Origin: Candidatus Bathyarchaeota archaeon
Lineage (GTDB): Archaea; Thermoproteota; Bathyarchaeia; Bathyarchaeales; Bathycorpusculaceae
Direction: 5' to 3'
NCBI GenBank assembly: GCA_963811105.1
Contig: CAWEPZ010000011.1
Coordinates: forward strand, 1,088,001 to 1,152,000
DNA: 64,000 nucleotides
This document shows, piece after piece, positions 40,886 to 52,137 of this stretch. The translations under genes were made by a program, and so were the position numbers. The number at the start of each line of letters is the position of its first letter. Position 1 is the first letter of the stretch. Below the pieces are notes generated by a model. That model was not told the DNA's origin. It was given only the letters and a program-made list of their open reading frames with translations, and ran no database searches.

Positions 40886-41128
40886 CGTCTTTTTGCGATT
40901 CGACAGTTAAATATGAGGAAACAGATTTATTAGGAAGACAGTTGTCAGGTGTCTTCCAGTGGTATATGATGAGGGATTGCGTTCATACAAGGCGATTACA
41001 TTCATTAAGAGCAATCCAAACCGCTCAAGCATAAAAACCAAAAACTATTTGTTATCAGGCACATTCCTCTGGAGCACCATTTTGTCAAAAACTCTCAGTG
41101 GTTTCTCTAAAAATTTAGGTGAAAAATT

Positions 41129-42130
41129 ATGGATAAAGTAAAATTTGCTATACCAGCAGGCTCCCTTTCAAAAGCAACAGCAGAGTTCTTTGCGCGGTCA
41201 GGCTACAAAATTTCAGGAACTGACCGCACGTATCGCCCCGCAATAAATGACCCGCAAATTGAAATGAAGGTTCTGAGGCCCCAAGAAATCCCCGTCTTTG
41301 TCAATGAAGGCTTACAAGACATAGGCATTACTGGGGAAGATTGGGTCAAAGAAAACCATGCAGATGTAGAAATCCTGCAGAATCTAGAGTATGGAAAAAT
41401 CAAGCTTGTTGTCGCTGTGCCGAAGTCTGTTCCCGAAAACAGCACGATGGGTGACTTTATGGAGTCAATTTGGAGCCAAGACAAAAACTTTCGAATAAGC
41501 ACCGAATACCTCAACATCGCCTCTGAATACTTAAGAAACACCGCTCAATACAAGAAGCGCTTCGGCAACGCAGACCCAATGATTGTGACGCCTTGGTGGA
41601 AAAAAGGTGACAATACAAGAGCCAAAATTTTCTTGTCCTTTGGCGCAACTGAGGCTAAGCCGCCAGAAGATTCAGACTGCATAATGGACGTAACTGAAAC
41701 TGGAAGCACTATTGAAGCTAACAACCTAAGAATTATAGATACCGTCATGAGGTCAGCGGCTGTGCTTATTGCCAACAAAAAATCTCTCGAAGATGCAGAG
41801 AAACGAGAAAAAATCTACGACATAGTTGCCCTGCTCAAAGGCGTAGTGGATGGTTCAAAAAGAATTCACATATTTGTCAACGTAAAAAAAGCAAACCTAC
41901 AAAAACTTTTGACTGAGTTGCCAGCACTAAAGAATCCGACGATATCTCCGTTGGCAGATGACACTTGGGTTAGTGTTAACACCGTAATTGAGAAAGACTG
42001 CTTAATCGAGTTGCTTCCGAAAATCCGCAAAATTGCCCAAGGCTTAGTAGTATATGAGCCACGGCAGGTTCTGGCTTTAGATGAGATTGGAAAGAGAGAG
42101 GAGAAGTCATGCAAACCCAAAGCCAAGTAA
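41129..42130 (+). CDS. hisG: ATP phosphoribosyltransferase (long form)
   Basis: AIPAGSL, RPQEIP, DIGITGED, GATEA, DVTETGST, C-terminal regulatory domain. Confidence 0.95.
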   Translation: MDKVKFAIPAGSLSKATAEFFARSGYKISGTDRTYRPAINDPQIEMKVLRPQEIPVFVNEGLQDIGITGEDWVKENHADVEILQNLEYGKIKLVVAVPKSVPENSTMGDFMESIWSQDKNFRISTEYLNIASEYLRNTAQYKKRFGNADPMIVTPWWKKGDNTRAKIFLSFGATEAKPPEDSDCIMDVTETGSTIEANNLRIIDTVMRSAAVLIANKKSLEDAEKREKIYDIVALLKGVVDGSKRIHIFVNVKKANLQKLLTELPALKNPTISPLADDTWVSVNTVIEKDCLIELLPKIRKIAQGLVVYEPRQVLALDEIGKREEKSCKPKAK

Positions 42131-43410
42131 AAGTCTACAAATCAGAAGAGTTGCCCTCAGACTGGTTTAAACGTCAAAAGGCAGACTCAAAAGCAGCCCA
42201 GCAGCTTGAAATTGACGTTAAAGTTATAGTAGATGAAGTGAAAGAAAACGGCGACCAAGCGTTAATTTATTACGCCGACAAATTCGACAAAGTCAAACTT
42301 AACAAAAAAACAATCAGGGTCAAGGCGGAAGAATTCAAAGAAGCATACAAAAAAACTAGTCTCGAACAGGTTTGTGCCCTTAAATTCGTGAAAGAAAGAG
42401 TCTTGACATTCCAAAAACAGCAGCTCACCCAAACAGAAATCAATACCTCAGGTGATGGCATATGGATTCAGACTGTTTTGCGGCCAATTGAAAGTGTTGG
42501 CTGCTATGTTCCAGGAAGGCAAGCCGCTTACCCAAGTACGCTTGTCATGACTGCTGTTCCAGCAAAGGTTGCTGGTGTCCCAAGGATTGTTGTTTGTTCA
42601 CCCTCAGACGCAAAAGGCAAAGTTAACCCACTTGTTCTTGTCGCAGCTGATATTTGCGGAGTCGATGAGGTTTACAAGGTTGGCGGAGCCCAAGCCATAG
42701 CCGCTTTAGCTTACGGAACAAGAAGCATAAAGCCTGTACGAAAAATCGTTGGTCCAGGCAGCAAATATGTGACAGCGGCGAAGGTTCTGGTTTCAAAGGA
42801 TGTGGCGATTGATATGCCTGCTGGACCAAGTGAAGTTCTCGTTTTGGCCGATGAATCAGCTGATGAGCGGTTCATTGCTTTTGATATGGTTTCGCAGGCT
42901 GAACACGGAGGAGACAGCGTTGCAGGACTAATAACAACGTCTGAAAAAGTTGCTTTGCAGGTTCAAGAGAATCTCGTTCGGCTTGCGGCCTCGGCTGAAA
43001 GAGGCGAAAAAGTATCAGAGGCACTATCCAAATATGGTTTCATAATTATCTGCAAAAGCATTGAAGAGGCCGTCAGTTTAGTTAATCAGTTTGCCGCTGA
43101 ACACTTAGAAGTCATGACTGCTAAACCCAAGGAGATTGCAGAGAAACTAACCGCTGGCCTGATACTTCTAGGACCATACAGCCCAGTTGCCCTAAGCGAT
43201 TACGGCAGCGGAACAAACCACGTCTTGCCAACAAGCGGTTTTGCCCAATCGTTCTCAGGCTTGTCTGTTTTTGACTTTATGAGACGAGTAAGCATAGTTG
43301 AAAGCTCAAGAACTGGTTTGGAAAGAGTACGAGACAGCATCAAAGTTATTACGGAAGCAGAAAACCTTCCAAATCACTACAAAGCAATACAAGCAAGGTT
43401 TGAAAAATGA
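42109..43410 (+). CDS. hisD: Histidinol dehydrogenase
   Basis: GGAQAIAALAYG, IDMPAGPSE, QAEH, AEHL, GTNHVLPT. Confidence 0.96.
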   Translation: MQTQSQVKVYKSEELPSDWFKRQKADSKAAQQLEIDVKVIVDEVKENGDQALIYYADKFDKVKLNKKTIRVKAEEFKEAYKKTSLEQVCALKFVKERVLTFQKQQLTQTEINTSGDGIWIQTVLRPIESVGCYVPGRQAAYPSTLVMTAVPAKVAGVPRIVVCSPSDAKGKVNPLVLVAADICGVDEVYKVGGAQAIAALAYGTRSIKPVRKIVGPGSKYVTAAKVLVSKDVAIDMPAGPSEVLVLADESADERFIAFDMVSQAEHGGDSVAGLITTSEKVALQVQENLVRLAASAERGEKVSEALSKYGFIIICKSIEEAVSLVNQFAAEHLEVMTAKPKEIAEKLTAGLILLGPYSPVALSDYGSGTNHVLPTSGFAQSFSGLSVFDFMRRVSIVESSRTGLERVRDSIKVITEAENLPNHYKAIQARFEK

Positions 43411-44525
43411 GTGCAACCTACAAAACATGGCTCAAAAATAAATTCGACAAGCTTCAAACAATAGAATGCTATACTGCGGGAACCTCTCCTGAAACTATTG
43501 CGAAGCAAATAGGCGTCCAAACAAAACAAATAATCAAACTAAATTTTAACGAGAACCTATTTATTCCAAGAAAAAAACAAGCTAAACTCCTTGAAGAGTT
43601 GGCTGACGAGATTGATTTGCGGCTGTATCCTGAGGATGAAGAGGTTAAACTGCGAGAAAAGATCAGCATATACATTGGCGCTCTCCGAGATTACATTGTT
43701 GTTGGTAACGGTAGCGATGAGTTAATTGACCGAATCGTAAGGCTCTTTGTGGATAAGGGTGAAGCGGCGCTTTCATTTGCGCCAACGTTCGCTATTCCAC
43801 CGCTTTGTGTTAAAAGACAAGAAGGCGAATACATCACTGTGCCACTTTTAAGCAACCTGCAGATAGACGTTAAGGGACTCATTGCAAAGTTTTCAGATAA
43901 AACCAGGCTACTCTATCTTTGTTCACCTAATAACCCGACTTCAACACAGTACAAGATAGAGGATGTTGAAACTTTAGCCAAGACATTCCCAGGCATTGTC
44001 ATCTTGGATGAGGCTTATGGCGAATTTGCTGATTACTCGTTTGTGCCACGAATCAAGGAGTTTCAGAATATGATTATTCTGCGAACATTCTCCAAAGCTT
44101 TCGGATTAGCTGCGCTGAGGCTTGGTTACGCCGTGGCAAATCCTGAGTTAGCGAAGATTCTGAATGAAAAAGCGCCGCTACCATACCCAGTTAGCGGTTT
44201 TACGCTCATGATGGGTTCTAAGATGCTGGACAACACGGAATTGATGAAGGATTCCGTGGCGCAAGTGAAACGAGAGCGGGGAAAACTGATAAAAGAACTA
44301 AACGAAATAGAAGGCGTGCAAGCTTTCGATTCACAAGCAAACTTCCTTCTAATCAACACACAAAAGCCCGCTGACGAAGTCAATGAAAAACTGCTTAAAC
44401 GTGGCATTATGCTTAAGAAATGGGGCAAAATCCTGCAATACAATAACTGCTTCCGAGTCACAGTAGGCTTGCCAGAAATGAACACTAAACTGGTTGAAGC
44501 ACTAAAGCAAATTCAAAGTGATTAA
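43407..44525 (+). CDS. hisC: Histidinol-phosphate aminotransferase
   Basis: NEN, GSDELI, PNNPT, DEAY, RTFSKAFGLAALRLGY. Confidence 0.95.
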   Translation: MSATYKTWLKNKFDKLQTIECYTAGTSPETIAKQIGVQTKQIIKLNFNENLFIPRKKQAKLLEELADEIDLRLYPEDEEVKLREKISIYIGALRDYIVVGNGSDELIDRIVRLFVDKGEAALSFAPTFAIPPLCVKRQEGEYITVPLLSNLQIDVKGLIAKFSDKTRLLYLCSPNNPTSTQYKIEDVETLAKTFPGIVILDEAYGEFADYSFVPRIKEFQNMIILRTFSKAFGLAALRLGYAVANPELAKILNEKAPLPYPVSGFTLMMGSKMLDNTELMKDSVAQVKRERGKLIKELNEIEGVQAFDSQANFLLINTQKPADEVNEKLLKRGIMLKKWGKILQYNNCFRVTVGLPEMNTKLVEALKQIQSD

Positions 44526-45102
44526 GATGAGGACAGAAGAAGTTTTCCGAAAAACCAAAGAAACAGAAGTTAAAGTAAAAGTCAACTTGGACGGGGACGG
44601 AAAAATCAGCATAGCTACTGGTGTACCCTTCCTTGACCACATGGTAACCAGCCTCGCCACACATAGCCTAATCGATATAGCCGCGCAAGTGAAAGGCGAC
44701 TTGGTGCACCACTCAGTAGAGGATCTAGCCATAAGCTTAGGAGAAGCACTAAACAAAGCCTTAGGCACCCGAGAAGGCATCACTCGCTTCGGCAACGCCG
44801 CGGCACCTATGGATTGTTCTTTGGCTTTTGCAGCCGTAGACCTAGTAAAACGGCCATACTTCAAAATTGACCTAAAACTAAGAGGTAAAAAAGTTGAAGA
44901 CATGCCAACGGAAGACATCAATCACTTTTTCGAGTCATTCGCCACATCATTGCAGGCCAACGTGCATGTTTTTGTCGAGTACGGAAGCAACGACCACCAC
45001 AAAGCAGAAGCAGCAACCAAAGCCCTAGCCCTATCGCTTAGACAAGCAGTAGCTATAGACCCAAGACGCAAAGGCGTTCCAAGTTCCAAAGGAGTCATCT
45101 AA
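44518..45102 (+). CDS. hisB: Imidazoleglycerol-phosphate dehydratase
   Basis: FLDHM, HHSVED, NDHHKAEA, SSKG. Confidence 0.96.
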   Translation: MIKMRTEEVFRKTKETEVKVKVNLDGDGKISIATGVPFLDHMVTSLATHSLIDIAAQVKGDLVHHSVEDLAISLGEALNKALGTREGITRFGNAAAPMDCSLAFAAVDLVKRPYFKIDLKLRGKKVEDMPTEDINHFFESFATSLQANVHVFVEYGSNDHHKAEAATKALALSLRQAVAIDPRRKGVPSSKGVI

Positions 45103-45104
45103 AA

Positions 45105-45710
45105 GTGGCAAAAGCCATAATTTTCGATTACGGAGTAGGCAACCTGCTCAGCCTAAAGACCGCGCTGGAAAAAGCAGGCTTAGAAGCATCAATCGGTACT
45201 TCCGCAAAAGAATTAGCCTGTGCAGACGCTATCGCTTTGCCAGGTGTCGGAGCTTTTTCCCCAGCAGCTGCAAAACTTAATTCAGTCAAAAGAACCCTGA
45301 TAAGCAAGGTGGAAGAGGGTACCCCATTGTTAGGCATATGTTTGGGGCTTCAGCTTTTCTTTGAAGTAAGCGAAGAGGGATCTGGAAACGGCTTAGCACT
45401 CTTCAAAGGCAAAACCGTCCAGTTGCCAAGCACTGTTAAGGTACCTCATATGGGCTGGAACACATTAGACATTATAATGCAAAACGAGCTTTTCGATGGA
45501 GTAGCCGAAGGCAGTTTCGTCTACTTCGTGCACTCACTCTACCCAGTGCCATGCGACGAAAGTATAGTTTGCACAAGAACCGAATATGGCATAACCTTCA
45601 CCTCAGCGGTAGCCAGCAAAAACATTTATGGTACACAGTTTCACCCAGAAAAATCAGGCGATATCGGGTTGAAAATCCTGCAAAACTTTGCAAAAATAGT
45701 GGTTAGGTGA
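45105..45710 (+). CDS. hisH: Imidazole glycerol phosphate synthase glutaminase subunit
   Basis: GICLGLQ, PHMGWN, YFVHS, QFHPEKS. Confidence 0.96.
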   Translation: MAKAIIFDYGVGNLLSLKTALEKAGLEASIGTSAKELACADAIALPGVGAFSPAAAKLNSVKRTLISKVEEGTPLLGICLGLQLFFEVSEEGSGNGLALFKGKTVQLPSTVKVPHMGWNTLDIIMQNELFDGVAEGSFVYFVHSLYPVPCDESIVCTRTEYGITFTSAVASKNIYGTQFHPEKSGDIGLKILQNFAKIVVR

Positions 45711-45716
45711 TCTTGG

Positions 45717-46442
45717 GTGCAGTTGATTCCCGCAATCGATTTGATGAATGGCAAAATCGTTCGCTTAACTCGTGGAGAACAAAGCACAGCTAAAAGCTAC
45801 GAAAAACAGTTCGGAACCCCATTGGAAGCTGCCAAGCGATGGCGTGACGAAGGGGCTGGCAGATTACACATCATTGATTTGGATTCAGCTTTTGTGATTG
45901 GCAATAATCACTTGGTTATAGCTGAGATTGCAGAAAACATAAAATTACCTATTCAAGTCGGTGGTGGAATACGCAACTATGAAAAAGCGGAAAAACTCTT
46001 CCAAACAGGCGTAACCCAAGTAATCCTCGGAGCTTTAGCCTTCAGCGACCCCTCAGCCATCGGCAAAATCCAGAAACGGTTTGGCTCTGATTCAGTTATC
46101 GTTGCCTTAGACAATAAAGAAGGGCTTATCATGGTTGAAGGCTGGAAAACCGCAACCGCAATGACCATAGACGATGCACTTGAAAAGTATACTCAACTTG
46201 GCGTTCGCCACTTTCTGATAACATCTATTGCCCAAGATGGGATGCTTACCGGCCCAGACCTACAAACGCTAAGTGCAGCCACGCTATATCCCAACGCCAA
46301 AATCATTGCGGCAGGCGGAATCGGCAGCATAGGAGACTTGGCAGCGCTCAAAGAAATTGGGGTAGAAGGAGCAGTCATTGGGAAAGCCCTTTATGAAGGC
46401 AAATTCACTCTCAGGCAAGCAATCAAAATCATGGGAGCATAA
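45717..46442 (+). CDS. hisA: ProFAR isomerase
   Basis: [34 protein letters not shown]. Confidence 0.96.
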   Translation: MQLIPAIDLMNGKIVRLTRGEQSTAKSYEKQFGTPLEAAKRWRDEGAGRLHIIDLDSAFVIGNNHLVIAEIAENIKLPIQVGGGIRNYEKAEKLFQTGVTQVILGALAFSDPSAIGKIQKRFGSDSVIVALDNKEGLIMVEGWKTATAMTIDDALEKYTQLGVRHFLITSIAQDGMLTGPDLQTLSAATLYPNAKIIAAGGIGSIGDLAALKEIGVEGAVIGKALYEGKFTLRQAIKIMGA

Positions 46443-46444
46443 AG

Positions 46445-47248
46445 ATGCCACTAGCCAAACGCATTCTTCCATGCTTAGATGTTGACCACGGAAAAGTAGT
46501 GAAATGCATAAACTTCCTCAATCCAAAGCATGCAGGCGACCCAGTAGAAATGGCAAAACGCTACTCCGACGACGGCGCAGATGAACTAGTGTTCCTTGAC
46601 ATAACAGCCTCTTCAGAAAAAAGAGACATCTTACGAGGTGTTGTTGAAGGCGTAGCTAAAGCAATCAACATTCCATTCACTGTAGGTGGTGGAGTCAGAA
46701 ACGTTGCTGACGCAAGGCTGGTTTTATGCAGTGGCGCAGACAAGGTTTCCATCAACACGGCAGCGGTTGAAGATCCCAAAGTCATAAATGAATTAGCGGA
46801 CGTTTTTGGGCGTCAATGTATAGTGTGTGCTATTGATGCGAAAAGAAACCGCACGCCAAGCGATGGCAAGATTATGATTGATACCGGCGAGGGAAAATTA
46901 TGGTTTGAGGTTGTCACTTACGGCGGACGCAAGCCAACGGGCATCGACGCCATCGCGTGGGCGCTACAGGCAGAGAAGCTTGGAGCGGGCGAATTTCTGG
47001 TTACTTCAATGGATAAGGATGGCACAAAAGACGGTTACGACATCGAGTTAACCCGAGCCATTTCGGAGAGTGTTAACGTTCCAATTATCGCGAGCGGAGG
47101 CGCAGGAACACCCCAGCATCTCTTTGAAGTATTTACTGAGGGAAAAGCAGACGCGGCACTGGCAGCTTCAATCTTTCACTACAACCAGTACCCTGTTCCA
47201 GTTGTGAAGGATTACCTGCGCAAGATGGGGGTGACAATAAGACAATGA
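46445..47248 (+). CDS. hisF: Imidazole glycerol phosphate synthase cyclase subunit
   Basis: [41 protein letters not shown]. Confidence 0.96.
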   Translation: MPLAKRILPCLDVDHGKVVKCINFLNPKHAGDPVEMAKRYSDDGADELVFLDITASSEKRDILRGVVEGVAKAINIPFTVGGGVRNVADARLVLCSGADKVSINTAAVEDPKVINELADVFGRQCIVCAIDAKRNRTPSDGKIMIDTGEGKLWFEVVTYGGRKPTGIDAIAWALQAEKLGAGEFLVTSMDKDGTKDGYDIELTRAISESVNVPIIASGGAGTPQHLFEVFTEGKADAALAASIFHYNQYPVPVVKDYLRKMGVTIRQ

Positions 47249-47577
47249 CAACAAATGAGCTACTTGATAAACTGGATTTCAAAAAAGGCAACGGACTTAT
47301 CCCAGTGATCGTGCAAGATGCTAAAACTAAGGAGACGCTCATGCTGGCTTATGCCAATAGGGAAGCCGTAGAGAACACGCTTACTACGGGCAATGGTACT
47401 TATTGGAGTCGCTCCAGAAACGAATTATGGGTTAAAGGGAAAACCTCGGGACACACACAAAAAATCGTGTCCGTTTCAGCTGACTGCGATTTTGACGCCC
47501 TGTTGTATGTGGTTGAACAGAAAGGCGCGGTATGCCACACTGGAGCAGTCACTTGCTTCCACAACAATCTCTTGTAG
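47245..47577 (+). CDS. hisI: Phosphoribosyl-AMP cyclohydrolase
   Basis: YWSRSR, KGKTSGH, DCDFD, CHTG..TCF. Confidence 0.95.
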   Translation: MTTNELLDKLDFKKGNGLIPVIVQDAKTKETLMLAYANREAVENTLTTGNGTYWSRSRNELWVKGKTSGHTQKIVSVSADCDFDALLYVVEQKGAVCHTGAVTCFHNNLL

Positions 47578-47628
47578 AATGTTTTTAAAGAAAAACATCC
47601 TTCTATTATTTGGGAATAGTGAGAATTT

Positions 47629-48684
47629 ATGTCACTTCATGAAGCCATGCTTTACAGTAGGCTTGAAGAGAACAAAGTAAAATGCAGCTTATGCGCCAGG
47701 CGGTGCCTCATAAATGAAGGCGCAACAGGCTTTTGCTTGGTGAGAAAAAACCAAAGCGGAACACTCTATACCTTAAATTATGGAAAAGCTGTGTCAGCTG
47801 GCGTAGATCCAATCAGCAAGAAACCGCTTTCACATTTCAATCCTGGCGCGTTGGTTATGTCGGTTGCGGCGGCTGGCTGCAATTTCCGCTGCCAATTCTG
47901 CGACAACTGGATGATAAGCCAAGACAAAGAAATCGCAGGCAGACCTTTTCCCCCTGAAGAAATAGTGAAATCAGCGAATGAGAGCAATTGCCAGGGAATA
48001 AGCTACACCTACACTGAACCCACCATATTCATGGAATACGCTTACGACACCGCTAAGCTTGCTCGAGAATCAGGGTTGTTTAACACTTTCGTCACGAATG
48101 GTTACGAGACTCCTGAAGCCGTCAAGACTATTGCGCCCTACTTGGATGCGGCAACAGTTGATTTCAAAGGAGGCGGCGACCCAGACTTCTACAAATCAGT
48201 CTCAGCAGTGCCGAATGTCGAAGCCATATATGAATCCCTAAAAGAGTTCAAAGTTAACGACGTTCACATAGAAATCACGAATTTGGTGGTTCCGAAAGTG
48301 GGCGATTCCATGGACAGAATACGAGCTATGGCCAAGTGGATAAAAGAATATCTAGGTGCAGATACGCCCTTCCACCTGCTCCGTTTTCACCCAGACTATA
48401 AGATGACAACGATTCCAGCGACCGAAGTTCAAGACATGGAAAAAGCATTATTGACAGCGAAAAACCAAGGATTGAACTACGTTTACCTCGGCAACATTCC
48501 AGGCCACCCAGCAGAAAACACTTACTGCCCCAAATGCGACACAGCCATAATCAAACGATACGCCTTCGAAATCACCGAGTGGAAACTCACCAGCGACATG
48601 AAATGCCCCGTCTGCGGAAATCAGATTCCAATAAAAGGAAAAATCTACCAGAATAACCTGCGTTTTCCGTACTCACTGTTTTAA
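47629..48684 (+). CDS. amrS: AmmeMemoRadiSam system radical SAM enzyme
   Basis: C..C.R.C, DPISKKPL.HF.PG, GCNFRCQFCDNW.ISQ, YTYTEP, RFHP. Confidence 0.88.
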   Translation: MSLHEAMLYSRLEENKVKCSLCARRCLINEGATGFCLVRKNQSGTLYTLNYGKAVSAGVDPISKKPLSHFNPGALVMSVAAAGCNFRCQFCDNWMISQDKEIAGRPFPPEEIVKSANESNCQGISYTYTEPTIFMEYAYDTAKLARESGLFNTFVTNGYETPEAVKTIAPYLDAATVDFKGGGDPDFYKSVSAVPNVEAIYESLKEFKVNDVHIEITNLVVPKVGDSMDRIRAMAKWIKEYLGADTPFHLLRFHPDYKMTTIPATEVQDMEKALLTAKNQGLNYVYLGNIPGHPAENTYCPKCDTAIIKRYAFEITEWKLTSDMKCPVCGNQIPIKGKIYQNNLRFPYSLF

Positions 48685-48783
48685 ACGCTATATTGTCTTC
48701 AAGCAACTCTGCTACCGCATGTTATAACAAAATTAAGCCTTTATTAGGCAAAGCAGAAACTTGCATTTGTTAAGTGCCAATCA

Positions 48784-49638
48784 ATGACCAAGTATAACGC
48801 CTTAGCGATAACGACCAACTACTGGAAACCAGGCGATGACTACACCGACAAAGTAATAACCGCTGTAGAGAACAAAATTGAAAATGGCGATTTTGTGGTT
48901 ATTTCGGAGAAAGCAATTTCAACCGCAATAGGCACCATGGTTGATGAAAGCATCATAAAACCAAGCCGAAATGCAAAGGTGGTTGCTCGTTTTTGGATGC
49001 GGCTTGTCTGGGGCTATCCTTTTGGGATATTATGCCATTTTGGACAACGCCTGTTGCGCAGATTAAGAAAGTATCCGCTTGAGTCTGGAAGCCGCCATAA
49101 ACAAGTAACTCTTGAACAGGCTGGCCTTTTGCAGTCACTCATGTTTGGTTCTGAAGGCGGCATTGATGGCTCCAATCTGCCGTACGCCTACGTAAGCTTG
49201 CCTTTGAAAAATGCATATGAATTAGCGTATGAAATTCGGAGGCAAATCCGTCTGAAACTGCGGAAGGAAGTTTGTATTATAATTGCGGATACGGATAAAA
49301 CTTACAGGTTTAAGAATTTCTTTTTTACCCCAAGACCAAAAGCTATGAAAGGCATACATTCCTTCGGCGGATTCATCGCATACATTTCGGGCAGAGTCCT
49401 GAAGCTAAAAAAAAGTTCAACTCCATTAGCGGTTGCAGGCTGTGTTCTTCAAGCCAGCCAAGCGTTAACAGTAACCAATATTGCTGATAAAGCCAGGGGT
49501 CCAGGGTCAGGCGCTACAGTTTGGGATATGGCATCACGGTTTCAAGTGGAGGTCGATGGTGTAAGCTGGGAAATGCTCCAAAAAATCAGACATAAACCTA
49601 TCGTTATAGTTAGAAGAAAGGAAGCCAAAGAAAGTTAA
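48784..49638 (+). CDS. Coenzyme F420-0:L-glutamate ligase (CofE)-like protein
   Basis: VISEKA, GGIDGSN, IIADTD motifs. Confidence 0.75.
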   Translation: MTKYNALAITTNYWKPGDDYTDKVITAVENKIENGDFVVISEKAISTAIGTMVDESIIKPSRNAKVVARFWMRLVWGYPFGILCHFGQRLLRRLRKYPLESGSRHKQVTLEQAGLLQSLMFGSEGGIDGSNLPYAYVSLPLKNAYELAYEIRRQIRLKLRKEVCIIIADTDKTYRFKNFFFTPRPKAMKGIHSFGGFIAYISGRVLKLKKSSTPLAVAGCVLQASQALTVTNIADKARGPGSGATVWDMASRFQVEVDGVSWEMLQKIRHKPIVIVRRKEAKES

Positions 49639-49736
49639 TAGATTGGAACATTTACTCCTTATTTGAAAGAGTTTTTTTGAAGGGTAAAACATAAAAACGA
49701 GACTTCGAAGCCTCTAAGCTGAACAGTGAAGCAGTT

Positions 49737-51242
49737 ATGGAAGAAGCATTACAGAAATTAGACACATTCTTCAACCCACGGTCAGTCGCCGTTATCGGTG
49801 CCACAAAAAAGGTTGACAAAGCAGGTCACGTCATTTTCAAAAACTTCTCAACTAACAAGGAACGCGGAGTCTTCAAAGGAAAACTCTACCCCGTTAATCC
49901 AGGGGAAGATTCAATTTTAGGTTTCAAATGTTACCACTCATTATGTAATGTTCCCGACGAAGTCGAATTAATTGTTGTTATTATTCCCGCTAAAGCGGTA
50001 CCCGCCATCATAGAGGAAGCTGTTGATAAAAAAGTCAAAGCTGCAATCATAATTAGTTCAGGCTTCAAAGAAGTTGGCAATATTGAACTTGAAGAACAAG
50101 TAGTAGCTATAGCCAAAAAAGGCGGAATACGAATTTTAGGACCCAACTGCCTAGGCATTTACTACTCTAAAACGGGAATGGATACCTTGTTCCTACCAGA
50201 AACAAAAGTTCTAACCACAGGTGAAGAAGTGGTGGCTACTCCCAGACCCTTACCCGGCAATATCGCCATGATTACACAAAGCGGCGCCTTCGGAGTCGCA
50301 GCCCTCGACTACTTGACTGGACGCCAGATGGGTGTCAGCAAATTCGTGAGCTTCGGAAACAAATGCGACGTCACCGAATCCGACATCCTCCACTACCTAC
50401 TACACGACAAAGAAACCAAAGTCATTCTCGCTTATTTGGAAGATGTAAAAAATGGGCGGGAATTTCTCAAGATATCTAAGAAAGTTACGGCCAAAAAACC
50501 CGTCGTCGTCATCAAGTCAGGTCGAAGCGCTGCAGGCTCAAGAGCCGCAGCTTCACACACAGGCGCCATTGCAGGATCAGACAAAATCTACGATGCCGCG
50601 TTTTTACAGGGCGGAGTTATTCGGGCTCGTGACATGGAGGAGTTCTTTAACATCGGTAAAGCCTTAGCCATGCAGCCGCCAGCTATTGGTAAAAACATCG
50701 GCATACTTACCGATGCAGGTGGACCAGGCGTAATGACTGTTGACGAATGCGAAGCCTTAGGCTTAACGGTGGACCGTTTCTCCGAGGAGGCGACGCAGAA
50801 ATTCCAAGAACTAAAAGACCAAAACATCATCTTAAAGATTGCAGCTACCTCAAATCCCGTGGACCTCACTGGTTCAGTGACTGATGAAATGTTTGTTATG
50901 GCTGCTGACCTGATGTTCCAAGATCCGCAGATCTGTGGCATAATCCTTTTGGGGCTTCATCACATGCCGGGACTCCGAGAAGTGTACATCGATGGCATAG
51001 TAAAAGTAGCCTCAAATTACACCAAACCCATCGTGATGTGCGATATCGGCGAAACAGAAATGGCTCTCTACACACGATCACGATTCGATAAACTCGGCGT
51101 TCCCTCGTTCGAATCACCTGAGGATGCAGCACGCGCCATGAATGCGCTGGTAACCTATGGTGCATACTTGAAAAAAAGCAATTGTGCAGATGAATATATC
51201 GCGTCCCTAAAAAAAACAGGCAGCACTACAGGTCAACGATAA
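49737..51242 (+). CDS. acdA: Acetate--CoA ligase (ADP-forming) alpha subunit
   Basis: PRSVAVIGA, GPNCLG, QSGA, SHTGAIAG (phospho-His), NPVDLTG. Confidence 0.9.
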   Translation: MEEALQKLDTFFNPRSVAVIGATKKVDKAGHVIFKNFSTNKERGVFKGKLYPVNPGEDSILGFKCYHSLCNVPDEVELIVVIIPAKAVPAIIEEAVDKKVKAAIIISSGFKEVGNIELEEQVVAIAKKGGIRILGPNCLGIYYSKTGMDTLFLPETKVLTTGEEVVATPRPLPGNIAMITQSGAFGVAALDYLTGRQMGVSKFVSFGNKCDVTESDILHYLLHDKETKVILAYLEDVKNGREFLKISKKVTAKKPVVVIKSGRSAAGSRAAASHTGAIAGSDKIYDAAFLQGGVIRARDMEEFFNIGKALAMQPPAIGKNIGILTDAGGPGVMTVDECEALGLTVDRFSEEATQKFQELKDQNIILKIAATSNPVDLTGSVTDEMFVMAADLMFQDPQICGIILLGLHHMPGLREVYIDGIVKVASNYTKPIVMCDIGETEMALYTRSRFDKLGVPSFESPEDAARAMNALVTYGAYLKKSNCADEYIASLKKTGSTTGQR

Positions 51243-51609
51243 CAGTTACTTCATTGCCGTCTACAATCTCGAGACGGTCACGTAAACACCAAGGAGCAAT
51301 AACCTCTAAAACATCAGCTGGGTAATTGGAAACCTGTGGAATAATAACCCCACATGCTAGACCCTCAACTTTTGCCCTAATTAGCACACCAGTGCAGTAG
51401 CCTTTCTCAGGGCAAATTTCAAACCGTTCTGTTTTCTCAAGCAATTTCTTTTGCATCGTGATTTCTTTGCTGAGGCGAATGTTAAGGGTTCCAGAATAAG
51501 GAGTAAAACCCAAGCTTTTTTCGATTTGATGCTTTACCCAGGGTAAATCAATAAATTTTTTTCCTTCGCCTTTGCCGGAATAAACCATGCCCTTGAAAAC
51601 TATCCGCAA
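51226..51609 (-). CDS. ribK: CTP-dependent riboflavin kinase
   Basis: SG.GEG, PYSGTLN, LEVIAP..LR. Confidence 0.88.
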   Translation of the reverse strand: MRIVFKGMVYSGKGEGKKFIDLPWVKHQIEKSLGFTPYSGTLNIRLSKEITMQKKLLEKTERFEICPEKGYCTGVLIRAKVEGLACGVIIPQVSNYPADVLEVIAPWCLRDRLEIVDGNEVTVIVDL

Positions 51610-51629
51610 AAAACTGCCTTCAATTGGGC

Positions 51630-52004
51630 TTAAGGCTTTGGAAGTTCTTTTAGCCAGTGTGCAACGTTTCTTAGAACTGGGTCATTTGATATATCTACTA
51701 CTGGTACAATCATTTTTTCTTTTGTTTCAATTGTTTGCGCGTATTTTGGCATAGGTGCATATCCAATGAAGGTCCAGAAAACCTTGTGATTTTCCAGCAG
51801 TTCCTTGGCGACTACAGCTGTTGAAGCCGGAAGCGGAAAATACAAGAAGACAATGCCATCAACCCAGTATAATCCTGCTAGTTTGCCGCCAGCTATAACG
51901 GAAGTGAATCTTGCTATGTCTTCAGGTGTATTAAAGTAAGTTTTTTCCATAATTACGATTTCTTTGAAAGGGGAATATGTGATGTTGACTTCTGGTTTGC
52001 TCAT
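51630..52004 (-). CDS. Hypothetical protein
   Basis: 124-aa ATG ORF; P.KEIVI...WVDG...PVVD pattern. Confidence 0.75.
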   Translation of the reverse strand: MSKPEVNITYSPFKEIVIMEKTYFNTPEDIARFTSVIAGGKLAGLYWVDGIVFLYFPLPASTAVVAKELLENHKVFWTFIGYAPMPKYAQTIETKEKMIVPVVDISNDPVLRNVAHWLKELPKP

Positions 52005-52137
52005 AACGTTTCATCTTCGGCTGCTATGGTATTGTGTTAGCGTTCCCTTTTAATTTTGTCATGTGATTTAGAAAAAGTTATAGCGCAGGTGAACATTAAG
52101 CCTTCACTAACATAAGACTCTTGGATGGTTAAGTTTC

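Noticed and set aside
40965-41030. ATGATGA C-box or his leader peptide upstream of hisG
   Set aside because: No matching CTGA D box at suitable spacing and no His-codon run.
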